Of a stretch of 45,132 bases of DNA, positions 11,703-24,656 are shown in pieces; the first letter of the stretch is position 1; every line of letters starts with the position of its first letter. Source of the DNA: Octopus bimaculoides. Its lineage: Eukaryota. A program made the translations under genes and the position numbers. The stretch is taken from assembly GCF_001194135.2 (NCBI RefSeq), contig NC_068984.1, positions 129,486,045 through 129,531,176 of the forward strand, written 5' to 3'. The notes under the pieces are model-generated. The model saw only the letters and a program-made list of their open reading frames with translations, did no database searches and was not told the DNA's origin.

Positions 11703-12414
11703 TAGATAATGAGTGACCTACATTAATTTAACTATTGTTAGAACAGTATGTCTATTTTCCTAGCTAATCAGCATCATTATAAATACTAGCAGTTACAAGA
11801 TAAAATCAGTTAGTGAGAGCAACCACAGAGAGTAGGTTGACCGGCTGCACGAATGCCATCTCAATTGAAGTAACGTCACAGAGGGACAACTAATGGAATT
11901 CACCAACGATACAGTTGTCTCGTCACACCATTCTCTTACTTTCTCACTAGCTTATTTCCTTTCTACAACATCTCTCTCTTTCTCTCTCCCTCTCTCTGCC
12001 GCTTGAATGACCCGGGACATGTAAGTCTTACGCTATCCATTTATAAGTGAAAATATAACGCTCGTTACCTCGCATGCTTTCCGATTTACACGCGACTGCC
12101 CATTGTGGTTAGGCTATACATATTAAGTAACGGTAAATTAAATTTGGAGTCAATATCAACTTCGACCACTGTCCTTATTCCTTGAAATCCTATACAACGA
12201 CATTCACGTCATTTTTCTTTTCTTCAATATCATAACCGCTACATTCTGGTAACCACAACTGTTACATTTGGTGACACCGACGTCTAACTCCGTTACACAC
12301 ACACACATACTAGCAGAAATACTCATTGTCGACTGGGTTGAAAAAAGTTGCCAAAATTGTACTATGAATATTGAAAGTTATTCACTACGATTGTATTGAA
12401 TATAAGGGCCACAA

Positions 12415-13112
12415 TGAATTGCAGTGGTCGCAAGACACTGCCTTGTGGAAAACCACTCATTATTTGTTTTCTTGGAGGTGGCCCCATTGACCACCACTAC
12501 CTGACTTCTATCTTTTAGAAAGTCGTGTAGTCATTCTCAGAGTTTTCCAAATATGCGAAGATTTCGGAGCTTGTGACAAATCATAGCTTTTGCAAAGTCG
12601 AGGTATATCACGTACACATTCGAGTTGTTGAGCAGCTGCTTTAGCACCCAGTCATAATGCTGCAAGTGCTGTGTTAGGCAGCTTGTACTTGGTCGAAAAC
12701 CATGCTGGATGTCAGTCACCAAGTCATTCTCTTCAAGTAATGCAATTAATTGCCTTCGGACTATTCGTTGCATGACTTTGCTAATGTGCAAGGTCAGAGT
12801 GGTAGGCCTATAGTTTTTAGTATAAGCTCTGCTTCCTGCTTTATAGATAGGGCATATTATTCCCTTCTTCAATTTGTCCGGGAGCTTACCAATTTCGAGG
12901 AAGCTCCGAAGAAATAGCTGCAATGGTTTTGCAAGGATTCGTTTGCATAACCTGAGAAAGATTGCTGGGAATCCATCAGGACCAGCAGCTGAGTTTGCGT
13001 CTATATCATCTATTGCTAGCATTATATCCTTTTCTTCGATGTAGATGCTATCAATTCTTACTGCCTCCTGTTCAGCTTCTGTAGCAGTAAAGAATTCTGC
13101 AGCTTTGAGCAT
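12415..13112 (-). mobile_element. CR1/L2-clade LINE reverse transcriptase fragment, degenerate
   Basis: Motifs SAAGPDGFP, IICPIYKAG, NYRP, QHGFRP, YLDFAKA, then WLHDFLKDR and a frameshifted SGFPQGSVL. Confidence 0.9.
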
Positions 13113-13176
13113 ATAAACGTCTTATCTATGATCTCTAGGATTTGAGTCTTCAAAGTTATTATTCATTCTGCAAATT

Positions 13177-13700
13177 TTAGTTTGTTGATCTCATGTTAAA
13201 AACTTCCTTATAGGCAATGTTTTGGATTTTAGCAGTAGGGACGAAAATGAAAAGATTGTTCTTGCTCCCCACTCTGGAGCCCCAACTGACTGTGTGAAAA
13301 ACAATACTCCTCTGATTACAAAGCAGTAACTTTCGAAGTCTGATGTTGGGACTTATTAATGGGCATCGCAAAAGACAGCCGTATTGGGAATTGAAGTAGT
13401 TTGAATTGGAAGGACATATTAGAAGGTATTAAAGGTAAGCGAAGAATAAAAACATCTTTGCCTTTTCCACAAACAGAAATTATTGTGGCCTCCAAAATAT
13501 TTCTCAATTTCTTCACAAGTCTTGTGCAATTGCACAGTTTTGGCTGAGAAAAGTTTTGCAGAGACATGACAATGAGAAGGAGCTCCTTGAGTCTCCAGCC
13601 AGTTTAAGAAGTCAACGGTGTAATTATCAGTTTCCGAATCATCAACAGTAGAGTTTATAGATCTGTAAACTTTCTCGAGCCTTTCATTTAAATTATTCAC
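13177..13700 (-). mobile_element. Helitron Pif1-like helicase C-terminal fragment, frameshifted
   Basis: Motifs [46 protein letters not shown] and SRVGSKNNLFIF...NIAYKEVF across frames. Confidence 0.9.
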
Positions 13701-14420
13701 AGTAATGTTCTGTGCTGCCGAAGTTGTATTTAGTTATTTCCCTTTGATCGGTCATCTGTGGTCTTCCGTTTAAATTATTCACAGTAATGTTCTTTGGTGC
13801 TTAAGTTTTATTTAGTTATTCCCTTTAGACCGTTAATTTATTTGGGGACTGAGATATGTACATGTTGGAAAAGGGCCAGTAGTTCTGTACAGAGGACCAC
13901 TTCCATTGTCTTCGGCGTAACATTTTACACAAGAATTAGCTTTTGGTTTTTAGAAGGATGCTTTTGCCTTTCTTACTATAGGTGGACACACACACACACA
14001 CACGCACGTTCATTTTTATTATGTGTATGTGTGCGTGTGTGTATTTATTCTCACAGTATTTGGTAGTTTACTTCCCTAGCTGTTCGACAAAAGAGACAAT
14101 AAGAACAAGTACCAGATTTTTAAAATAAGCTCTGGGTCAATTCGTTCGATCAGTATACCAGCATGACCACGGTACCCAGGCTGAAACAAGTAAAATTATA
14201 AAAGAATGTCATTGCTATTACAGTTTAACATTTTTCTTGATTCCATCCAACTTAATGTCAAATTCCTTCAGGAATGTATAAGTAGCTTGCTTACAAGCCA
14301 CATGGTTCCGGGTTCAGTCCCACTGTGTGGCATCTTGGGCAAGTGTCTTCTACTATAGCCTCAGGTTGACCAAAACCTTGTGAGTGGAGTTGGTACACGG
14401 AAACTGAAAGAAATCCGTCA

Positions 14421-14453
<33 letters not shown>

Positions 14454-14642
14454 GTTTGTGCCCCCATCATTGCTTGACAACCGATGCTGTCTGTTTATGT
14501 CCCCGTAACTTAGCGGTTCGGCAAAAGATACCGATAGAATAAGCTTACAAAGAATCAGTTCTGGGATCGATTTGTTCAACTAAAGACGGTGCTCCAGCAT
14601 GGCCACAGTCAAATGACTGAAACAAATAAGAGTGTGTGTGTG

Positions 14643-14681
<39 letters not shown>

Positions 14682-15274
14682 NNNNNNNNNNNNNNNNNNN
14701 NNNNNNNNNNNNNNNNNNNNNNNNNNNNNNNNNNNNNNNNNNNNNNNNNNNNNNNNNNNNNNNNNNNNNNNNNNNNNNNNNNNNNNNNNNNNNNNNNNNN
14801 NNNNNNNNNNNNNNNNNNNNNNNNNNNNNNNNNNNNNNNNNNNNNNNNNNNNNNNNNNNNNNNNNNNNNNNNNNNNNNNNNNNNNNNNNNNNNNNNNNNN
14901 NNNNNNNNNNNNNNNNNNNNNNNNNNNNNNNNNNNNNNNNNNNNNNNNNNNNNNNNNNNNNNNNNNNNNNNNNNNNNNNNNNNNNNNNNNNNNNNNNNNN
15001 NNNNNNNNNNNNNNNNNNNNNNNNNNNNNNNNNNNNNNNNNNNNNNNNNNNNNNNNNNNNNNNNNNNNNNNNNNNNNNNNNNNNNNNNNNNNNNNNNNNN
15101 NNNNNNNNNNNNNNNNNNNNNNNNNNNNNNNNNNNNNNNNNNNNNNNNNNNNNNNNNNNNNNNNNNNNNNNNNNNNNNNNNNNNNNNNNNNNNNNNNNNN
15201 NNNNNNNNNNNNNNNNNNNNNNNNNNNNNNNNNNNNNNNNNNNNNNNNNNNNNNNNNNNNNNNNNNNNNNNNNN

Positions 15275-15321
<47 letters not shown>

Positions 15322-16711
15322 ACTTACTGAAAGTGCCGTAAATTCCATATCTGCTACATATGTGTATGTGTATGAAAGTTTAGCCAACTTCATCCAAATC
15401 AATAAGTTTCAAATATCTTAAGACTTGTTCACTATTTCAGTATTATTGTTGGCGGATGCTTGGTATTTGATATTGCTGGAAAACAAAAACGTCTTTCTAG
15501 GGCTGTGTTTAAAAATAAATAAAAACACTCATGAGCAATTAACGGTAACTTTATTTACTGCATATGGTGTTTTCTGTGTTGGTCTTTTGATGTAAAATAA
15601 CAGCGACAATTACACACCAGAGAGACGTACTACTAAGGGCTATGACAATTTCACTGCTATATAGCAAACTGTGGCTGCCCATCATAACTGGGAAATAATC
15701 ACACTATATCCTGATGAAAAAACCTGTGCCTTCTATCTGCCAACAGCTGGTGATGCAATGAGAATGCAGATGTCGAGTGGTAGTCTCATGATTCTATGGG
15801 AAAAGGTGAGATGTGTAAAGAAATTGACCAGTCTCAGCACTCTGCAAATAGTTTTGGTACTAAAAGCGACTTTATATAAGGCACGAAGTCAAAGTTACGT
15901 CACACGATGGGTTGATGCTGATTGATTGGTTAATTGGCCGATCATGTGAAACTGCTGTGTCTTAGCCATGATATCTACTCAGTTGTCCAGCGGGTTGGTT
16001 TCAAATCTGCAACACTATTCTTAGAATGAGATATAGATGTCTTTGTGAAGGTGCATGACTTAGTGGTTAGGTTACAGCACTCACGATCTTGCAATCATGA
16101 TTTCTATTCATAAACCGGACGGTGCGTTGTATTCTTGAGCAAAACATTCAATTTCGCATTACTCCAGTCCTCTCAGCTGTAAATGAATTCTAGCAATAGC
16201 TGGCAAGTTGATTCTGCAGAATAAATGCTGAAAGAATGTCTCTGTAAGTATAAGTTCATAAGACATACAAAGTTCCACAAGTCTTTTACTTTTTCTTTTT
16301 TTTAGTGAGGATGGAGGAGTCTATAAAAAGAATTTTCCAACTTCTCTTGAGAAGTATTTATCCATGTTGGATTATAATGCTTAGGTTAATGGTTGAAGAT
16401 TGGCATACATGTTAAACTTCAAGGTGGACTGCGATTGATTAAGAGCAGAAATTCTGAATGATATAATAGTTGTCTGCATGTACCATTTCGTTCAGTTTCC
16501 CTTTTATCACTCCTTTCATTTTCTTTACATTTCCATGTCTTCTTGCACTCAAATTAGATACTGAGCGCTCACATTTGTAAAACCACTTGTCTTTCTTTTG
16601 GCAACAATTGTATTTATATATAAATTCGTATTTCTTCCCTGATTTATTATGGGAAATGGTTTTAAAATGTTGGTTATTGTTAAGATGTAATAAATTTTGA
16701 CTATGTTACAG

Positions 16712-18247
16712 TCAGTCATTTGTATGGATAGATATATGTGAAGTTAAGTTGCATTTCTGAGCAAATGATTTACCACACATATTACAGTGAAATGGTTTCT
16801 CTCCCGTATGGATACGTCTGTGTCTACTTAAGATACTACTTTGAGAGAATGATTTACCACAGATATCACAATGATATGGCTTCTTCCCTGTATGAACACG
16901 TTTGTGAGTATTTAAGGAACTACTCAAAGAAAAAGATTTACCACAGATATCACAGGGAAACGGTTTCTCACCTGTATGAATACGTTTGTGAGTAGTTAAG
17001 GCATTACAAACAGCGAATGATTTACCACAGATATCACAGTGGTATGGCTTCTCCCCTGTATGAATACGCTTGTGAGTGGTTAAGGCATAACCTACAGAGA
17101 ATGATTTACTGCAGATATCACAATGATATGGCTTCTCCCCTGTATGAATACGCTTGTGACTAATTAAATTACCATCGGTAGAAAATGACATACCGCAGAC
17201 ATCACAGTGGCATGGTTTCTCTCCTGTATGGATACGTTTGTGTTTAGTTAAATGATCCATTCGAGAGAATGATTTGCCACAAACTTGACACTCAAATGGT
17301 TTCTCACCTGTATGTATACGTTTGTGTTTAGTTAAGGTGCTATTTTGTGAAAAATAGTTTCCACAGATATCACAGTGATATGGCTTCTTCCCCGTATGAA
17401 CACGTTTGTGAATAATTAAGATATTACAGTTAGAGAATGATTTACCACAGATATCACAGTGATATGGCTTCTCTCCTGTATGAATACGCTTGTGAGTAGT
17501 TAAGGCATTACATACAGAGAATGATTTACCACAGACATCACAATGAAATGGTTTCTCTCCTGTATGAACACGTCTGTGTAAAGTTAATAAAGAATTTTGA
17601 TAGAATGATTTACCACAGATTTCACAGCGATATGGTTTCTCTCCTGTATGAATACGTTTATGAAAACTTAGTTGACTTGCAGTTGAACATAATTTACCAC
17701 AGATATCACAGTGAAATGGCTTCTCCCCAGTATGAACTCGTTTATGAGTAGTCAAACTACCATTTAAAGCAAATGATTTACCACAGATATCACAGTTATA
17801 TGGCTTCTCTCCTGTATGAATACGTTCATGTTTCATTAATGTACTATTCTGTGAGAATGATTTACCACAGACACCACAGCAATATGGCTTCTCCCCTGTG
17901 TGAATACGCTTGTGATTAATTAAGACATTACTATGAGAGAAGGATTTACCACAGGTGTCACAGGGATATGGTTTCTCTCCTGTATGAATACGCTTGTGTC
18001 TAGTTAAGATACCATTTTGAGAGAATGATTTTCCACAGACATCACAGTGAAATGGTTTCTCTCCTGTATGAATACGTTCATGAATATTTACTTGACTACT
18101 TGTACTGAATGATTTACCACAGATATTACAGTGAAATGGCTTTTCTCCTGTATGAATCAGTTGGTGTTTAGTCAAGACATTTTTTCCAGAGAATATTTTA
18201 CCACATACATCACAATGATATGAGGATTTTCGTTTGGCTTTCGGCAT
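16712..18247 (-). CDS. C2H2 zinc-finger protein A, 511 aa, 18 tandem fingers
   Basis: Uninterrupted ORF of CxxC-x12-HxxxH units with TGEKP linkers. Start about 11 aa before finger 1. Conserved acceptor ttgttatttcag upstream (exon begins 18622). Confidence 0.95.
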   Translation of the reverse strand: MPKAKRKSSYHCDVCGKIFSGKNVLTKHQLIHTGEKPFHCNICGKSFSTSSQVNIHERIHTGEKPFHCDVCGKSFSQNGILTRHKRIHTGEKPYPCDTCGKSFSHSNVLINHKRIHTGEKPYCCGVCGKSFSQNSTLMKHERIHTGEKPYNCDICGKSFALNGSLTTHKRVHTGEKPFHCDICGKLCSTASQLSFHKRIHTGEKPYRCEICGKSFYQNSLLTLHRRVHTGEKPFHCDVCGKSFSVCNALTTHKRIHTGEKPYHCDICGKSFSNCNILIIHKRVHTGKKPYHCDICGNYFSQNSTLTKHKRIHTGEKPFECQVCGKSFSRMDHLTKHKRIHTGEKPCHCDVCGMSFSTDGNLISHKRIHTGEKPYHCDICSKSFSVGYALTTHKRIHTGEKPYHCDICGKSFAVCNALTTHKRIHTGEKPFPCDICGKSFSLSSSLNTHKRVHTGKKPYHCDICGKSFSQSSILSRHRRIHTGEKPFHCNMCGKSFAQKCNLTSHISIHTND

Positions 18248-18880
18248 CTCATCAAGGGATAAAAATAGATCGAATCCTTAAATTTTTCCACTATTAAATT
18301 TAGTTTCAGTTTTCTTCTTTTAGTAACAGTTCATTCCTTACAAATATTTCCACTGCTATTAACTGTAACCTTCACTGAAATCTAAATATCCTGAGAATTC
18401 ATCCAAGTTTAATTAGAATTCAAAGAAACCAGATGAGAAATAGAAAATGCTGCTGATAATCTCAGTTGAGAGCAAGTATTTCCCAGTGATCCTGTCATAG
18501 ATTTATCATAAAAGGATTGTATCTCTTCTGTATATCATTCTCCTTAATCTTTAAAAGATGATAAAATTAGAAGATATATCCTCTGTGAAAAAAGTTCTTT
18601 TATGCCAATGTCATCTGTTAATCTGAAATAACAAAGACACAATATAAGATACAAGGGATAGATAAACACGAAAATTTAACAACATTTCTATATTGATAGA
18701 TAAATTATGTCCTAAAAAATTGTATGAAATCTACATGTTTGTAAGCTACAGTTACATCTTCACATTGTGTACCGTTATATTAAACAACAGAATAATGGAC
18801 ATTAACATTCTTCTTTCATGACAAACACCATTTGTCATTATTGTTTAGCTCCAGATCAGTCCTGATTGAGCAAACCAAAG
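18248..18880 (-). other. Conserved 5'-UTR/intron block upstream of each ZNF ORF (copies 18248-18880, 30691-31300, 40657-41200)
   Basis: Collinear similarity among the three copies, including the acceptor tctttgttatttcag|ATTAAC. Confidence 0.8.
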
Positions 18881-18924
18881 CCTTGTGAGTGGAATTGGTT
18901 GACAGAAACTAAAAGAAGCCTGTC

Positions 18925-18974
<50 letters not shown>

Positions 18975-20240
18975 GTGTATATGTTTGTGTGTCTGTGTTT
19001 GTCCCCCCCCCACCATCGCTTGACAACCGATGCTGGAGTGTTTACGTCTCCGTAACTTAGCGGTTCGGCAAAAGACACCGATAGAATAAGTACTAGGCAT
19101 CCAAAGAATAAGTCCTGGGGTCGATTTTCTCGACTAAAGGCGGTGCTCCAGCATNNNNNNNNNNNNNNNNNNNNNNNNNNNNNNNNNNNNNNNNNNNNNN
19201 NNNNNNNNNNNNNNNNNNNNNNNNNNNNNNNNNNNNNNNNNNNNNNNNNNNNNNNNNNNNNNNNNNNNNNNNNNNNNNNNNNNNNNNNNNNNNNNNNNNN
19301 NNNNNNNNNNNNNNNNNNNNNNNNNNNNNNNNNNNNNNNNNNNNNNNNNNNNNNNNNNNNNNNNNNNNNNNNNNNNNNNNNNNNNNNNNNNNNNNNNNNN
19401 NNNNNNNNNNNNNNNNNNNNNNNNNNNNNNNNNNNNNNNNNNNNNNNNNNNNNNNNNNNNNNNNNNNNNNNNNNNNNNNNNNNNNNNNNNNNNNNNNNNN
19501 NNNNNNNNNNNNNNNNNNNNNNNNNNNNNNNNNNNNNNNNNNNNNNNNNNNNNNNNNNNNNNNNNNNNNNNNNNNNNNNNNNNNNNNNNNNNNNNNNNNN
19601 NNNNNNNNNNNNNNNNNNNNNNNNNNNNNNNNNNNNNNNNNNNNNNNNNNNNNNNNNNNNNNNNNNNNNNNNNNNNNNNNNNNNNNNNNNNNNNNNNNNN
19701 NNNNNNNNNNNNNNNNNNNNNNNNNNNNNNNNNNNNNNNNNNNNNNNNNNNNNNNNNNNNNNNNNNNNNNNNNNNNNNNNNNNNNNNNNNNNNNNNNNNN
19801 NNNNNNNNNNNNNNNNNNNNNNNNNNNNNNNNNNNNNNNNNNNNNNNNNNNNNNNNNNNNNNNNNNNNNNNNNNNNNNNNNNNNNNNNNNNNNNNNNNNN
19901 NNNNNNNNNNNNNNNNNNNNNNNNNNNNNNNNNNNNTGAGCGTGGCCGTTGCCAGTACCACCTGACTGGCCTTCGTGCGGGTGACACGTAAAAGCACCCA
20001 CTACACTCTCAGAGTGGTTGGTGTTAGGAAGGGCATCCAGCTGTAGAAACTCTGCCAAATCAGATTGGAGCCTGGTGTAGCCGTCCGGTTTCACCAGTCC
20101 TCAGTCAAATCGTCCAACCCATGCTAGCATGGAAAGCGGACGTTAAACGATGATGATGATGATATTATTGACTAACAACAGCTTTGCCCAGGTAGTTTGA
20201 TATTTCAAGTATGCAATCATATGAAACAGACAATCTGTGT

Positions 20241-20580
20241 TCAAACAGTGTATCCACTAACTGTTTTTTTCTGAGACCTTGAAGACAGAGACAGTCCCAA
20301 GTAAACAGGTAAAGGCTGTTCTCTCTTCTTCAAGTGTCTGTTCATTTGTAGCTGTGAGTTTTTCTTGGAACAGAAGTTGACCTGTAACAACTGAGCCATT
20401 GTAACATCAGCTTTTGACGCCTGATCCATGGGTAAGACAGGTGACAAAATGTTGCAGCTCTGGAGGGACACTTGAGTTCAGGTACTGGCTATCAAACATC
20501 CAAACGAATGAGCTGAAACACTGGAGCATCTTTTTCCTGAGTATATCAGCAGTTTTCGAGATAAGTATGGCTTCATCATA
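20241..20580 (-). mobile_element. Fragment of an Academ-like DNA transposon protein
   Basis: EAILISKTADILRKKM..SSVPPELQHFV..HGSGVK then MAQLLQVN..RHLKKREQPLPVYLGL. Resembles the SVP..L / AQLL.FN / RH...RE.PLP.Y.GL motifs I associate with Academ-type proteins. The family assignment is from memory. Confidence 0.5.
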
Positions 20581-21975
20581 GCTTATTCTGCCAAAATTTG
20601 AAACCGTTATTATGCACGACTTACAGTAAAATTAACCGTCAAATCATTTCAGCAACAAGTGACACTCTGCGTAGTGCCGTAGTTATTTTTATTTTTAAGT
20701 ACGTGCCTTGTTTCAGTTTTCTTTATAACATTTACAAAAATAGAAATAAGAAAGGAAAAAGATTTTAAAAAAGGGTGGGTAAAGCAGGAGATGGAGAGGG
20801 AGGGGCGATGGTTCACATACCCTACAATAAATGGTGTGCATAGCCGCGCCCCACTGGTTACGACCACAGTGACATTGCCGCGGAGAATTATAACCGTCAA
20901 CTATTTAAATGCCGCCGAAGTCGACATTGCCTTTCATCTTTTCGGGGTCAATAAGATAAGTACCAGTTGAGCTTTGAGATCGATGTAATCGATTTATTCC
21001 TTCCTCAAGAAATTGCTGCCCTTCTGCCAAAATTTGAAACCAATATTAACCGTCGACTTACTTCAGCAACAATTTATGACTTTCAATGCTAGAAATGTTT
21101 GAACACAGGGTGACTTGGTTTTCGATGGAAACGACACGCAACCCTCGCCAAATATCCATCTACCATCAAACAAATTCCATATATATATGCATGCATGTGT
21201 GTATGTACATCAGGGATTATATTATATAATATGCCTTTCTTTAAGACGATAGAGTACGATTTGAGGGAAATGTGATTGCAAATTTTAGTAGGCCAATGTT
21301 ACTCAGCTAGGCAAATCCTTCACCCTTTGATTATATAATAACCAAGAGAAATGCAAAAATTGCAACAGTAAATGAGATAAAGAAAAATTAAAAAAAGCTA
21401 TGAATTCATATCTCAGATTTAAATTAAGAGAAAAGAAACAAGAAAATCTCAAAAATAGGTGTGAAATAAATGACCAAAATGAATTTTAACTCACTCATCA
21501 ATGTATTCTGCTAGCGTAACAAAGACTATACGAAATATTTAATTCTAATTTATCNNNNNNNNNNNNNNNNNNNNNNNNNNNNNNNNNNNNNNNNNNNNNN
21601 NNNNNNNNNNNNNNNNNNNNNNNNNNNNNNNNNNNNNNNNNNNNNNNNNNNNNNNNNNNNNNNNNNNNNNNNNNNNNNNNNNNNNNNNNNNNNNNNNNNN
21701 NNNNNNNNNNNNNNNNNNNNNNNNNNNNNNNNNNNNNNNNNNNNNNNNNNNNNNNNNNNNNNNNNNNNNNNNNNNNNNNNNNNNNNNNNNNNNNNNNNNN
21801 NNNNNNNNNNNNNNNNNNNNNNNNNNNNNNNNNNNNNNNNNNNNNNNNNNNNNNNNNNNNNNNNNNNNNNNNNNNNNNNNNNNNNNNNNNNNNNNNNNNN
21901 NNNNNNNNNNNNNNNNNNNNNNNNNNNNNNNNNNNNNNNNNNNNNNNNNNNNNNNNNNNNNNNNNNNNNNNNNNT

Positions 21976-22322
21976 GGCCCAGTGGTTAGGGCAGCGGACT
22001 CGCGGTTTCGATTCCCAGACCGGGCGTTGTGAGTGTTTATTGAGCAAAAACACCTAAAGCTCCACGAGGCTCCGGTAGGGGATGGTGGCGAACCCTGCTG
22101 TACTCTTTCACTACAACTTTCTCTCATTCTTACTTCCTGTTTCTGTTGTGCCTGTATTTCAAAGGGTCAGCCTTGTCACACTGTGTCACGCTGAATATCC
22201 TCGAGAACTACGTTAAGGGTACACGTGTCTGTGGAGTGCTCAGCCACTTGCACGTTAATTTCACGAGCAGGCTGTTCCGTTGATTGGATCAACTGGAACC
22301 CGCGACGGAGTGCCAACAACAA
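21976..22322 (+). mobile_element. tRNA-derived SINE family 2 with (CAA)n tail
   Basis: Head ggcccagtggttagggcagcggactc..gtttcgattccc. Minus-strand copies at 33636-33744 (16-bp TSD tgttattatagtggaa) and 44896-45132. Confidence 0.85.
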
Positions 22323-22346
22323 TCTGTTATTACAGTGGAAAATACG

Positions 22347-22837
22347 GAACTACTTTATTTCATATTAATTTGCCATAAAGGCATTACACAGAGGGGACAC
22401 TACAACACATGTGGGGACATATAACAATTAAAAGTATAGAAATAAAACATGATATAATGAATGATACATGAAAATGCACGTGAATAACAAATTTAAAAAA
22501 TATGATAACATGAATGATATCTGAAAATGATATTATGAAGAGTGTGCTACTCACCCAGAAACTTACGTTCCCATGCCAGAAATCGAACCCTGGGTGAAAG
22601 CCAGGAATCCTAACCACTTGACTACATGGGAAAATACAATACGGAACTACTTAAATACAGAAGCCCCGATGCATCTACGTAATGATATGAAGGGAGGTAA
22701 TCTTGTTTTACCAAAAGTACTGTTAAAAGTTTTAGGGTTAGGGTTACGTGAAGTCACAGTAGTTTGGGTAAAACTAGATTACTCTCCCTTCACATCGTGA
22801 CGTAGATGCGTCGGGACCTCTGTATTCAAGTAGTGTC
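22347..22837. mobile_element. Palindromic MITE (about 65-bp TIR, TTAGGG core, 9-bp TSD gaaaatacg) carrying a nested retroposon
   Basis: TSD at 22338-22346 and 22838-22846. Empty paralogous site at 33758-33766. Confidence 0.8.
22568..22631 (-). pseudogene. tRNA-Glu(TTC)-derived sequence, head of an approximately 280-bp retroposed insert (22356-22637)
   Basis: TCCCATGTAGTCAAGTGGTTAGGATTCCTGGCTTTCACCCAGGGTTCGATTTCTGGCATGGGAA. About 7 nt of the variable/T-stem region are missing. Flanked by a 15-bp duplication aatacggaactactt. Confidence 0.75.
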
Positions 22838-22924
22838 GAAAATACGACCTGGAGATAAATAAAACATGAAATGCCTGTTTAAAACATTGTTTCCAGTTAT
22901 TAAGAGTTTGTTTTTGTTTAATGG

Positions 22925-23682
22925 TTAAACTCCACTGTTTGACCTGAGCAAAAAAAATAAGTAGTGCAATAGGGGTAAAGCAACATGTAATAAGCGAATA
23001 TGAAAAAGAAAATTACGCCGACGAACGGGGAAGAGGTTGAGAGGACTCGGAACATTGCTGATGTGAATTTTCCGAGTCGTCCACCTCCGTTCGCCAGTGT
23101 GCATTTTTTAAAATATTCATTTACAATATGTTGTTTTACACCTTTTACACTATTATTTTCTTTTTCATTTTTGTGACCAGGTGTTAACGTTGAGTTTTCG
23201 GATGCTGTGAGATTGATCGTGCGAATTTTCCGAGTTCTCTCCCCAGTCCTCCTCGTTTGCCAGCGCGCATTTTTTTTTTTTTCATATTCGTTTACTACAT
23301 GTTGTTTTACACCTATTACACTATTTTTTTTTTTCATTTTTGTGACCGGGTGTCGAAGTGGGGTTTACTGGATCGTGTGAATTATCCGAATCTGCACAAA
23401 ACCAACCCACCCCGTCACAAAAATTGAAAAAAAAAAAAAATAGTGTACTAAGTGTAAAATAATGTGTAGTAAATGGATATGAAGAAAAAAGAATTTCGCC
23501 GACGAACAGTGAAGTGGTGAGAGAACTCGGAACATTCCCGATGTGAATTTTCCGCGTCGTCTCCCCAACTTCCGTTCGCCAGCGCGCATTTTTTTTTTTC
23601 ATATTCGTCTGCGGCATGTTGTTTTACACCTATTGCACTATTTTTTTTTTTGTTTTGCTCGGGTCAAACACTGGAGTTATCG
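22925..23682. repeat. Inverted-repeat-bounded element with internal direct repeats
   Basis: About 90-bp inverted ends (aactccactgtttgacctgagc.. / ..gctcgggtcaaacactggagtt). Repeated catattc...gttgttttacacct.ttacacta blocks, related to 36070-36180. Confidence 0.65.
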
Positions 23683-24656
23683 AAAAGTTCCAACGTTCCA
23701 AACGTGACCATCCTATCTTTTTGAAATATTTCACACACAACCATTCCGTCATTTTAAAAAACATTTCAACTACAATATTCCTGATATTTATGCGTCACAC
23801 TGCATCTTTTTTCCAAGCCCAAATTTCATTCATGTTACATCCTATCATCTTTTTCCTTAAGACATTCTTTTGTCTTTCAGTTGTTTCAGTCATTTGACTG
23901 CGGCCATGCTGGGGCACTGCCTTGAAGGGTTTTAGTCGAACAAGTCGACCCCAAGACTTACATCATATTTTTTTCAAAACCTAATACTTATTCTATTGGT
24001 TCATCTTGCTGAACTGCTACGTTCGAGGATGTAAACACACCAACACCAATTGTCAAGCAGTGATGGGACACACACACGTGTATGTATATATACAACAGGT
24101 GTCTTTTAGTTTATGTATCATATCCACACACGAAGCTTTGATGCACGCAGTGAGACTGAACCCGGAAGCATGTGGTTGGGCAGCAAGCCTTTGACCATGC
24201 AGCCACTCTTTCTATTATAGGCAGAAAGCCTGAAATTTTGAGGAAGGGAACGAGTCGATTACATCGACCACAACACTTATTTTATTGACCACGTAAAGAT
24301 GAGAGGCAAACTCGACCTTGGCAGCATTATTAATAACTTTGTATTAATTATCTCCAACTATTACAGTATTTTTCAGCTAGTTTAGGTTTGTTTCACAATA
24401 TCACAAAAAGTATATACAAAGATCAAAAGATTATGTGGAAACTATATTTTATTTTCTGGGCTGAAATTCGAAACCGAATCTAAGGATTCTCGCTCACCTG
24501 ATCCACTGCTATTTGCTGACCAGGCGCAAAAAAATTCTTTGTCCTGTGAGAAAGTGATGGATGAGTTTCCACTCGACCTCTGACCTGAGCTGTGTCACAG
24601 AAAGTTCAGATGGACAAGGGACCTCAATAAACACAAACTACTCTTATGGTAGCTAA

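Noticed and set aside
10856-15402. Long ORFs containing X runs and YIYI/VCVC/THTH tracts (similar ones at 18845-20094, 32239-33205, 41186-42022)
   Set aside because: Artefacts of N gaps and of (TA)n, (TG)n or TTAGGG repeats.
15671-15960. 84-aa ORF with a faint resemblance to Merlin/IS1595 transposase N-termini (MRMQMSSG..W..RCVKKLTSL)
   Set aside because: No catalytic motifs or intact zinc-ribbon are recognisable. It needs an HMM search before any call.
22918-23897. Several 75-140 aa ORFs with repeated motifs (KKNARW...RKI)
   Set aside because: They are translations of the internal repeats of an inverted-repeat element; no domain similarity or splice support.
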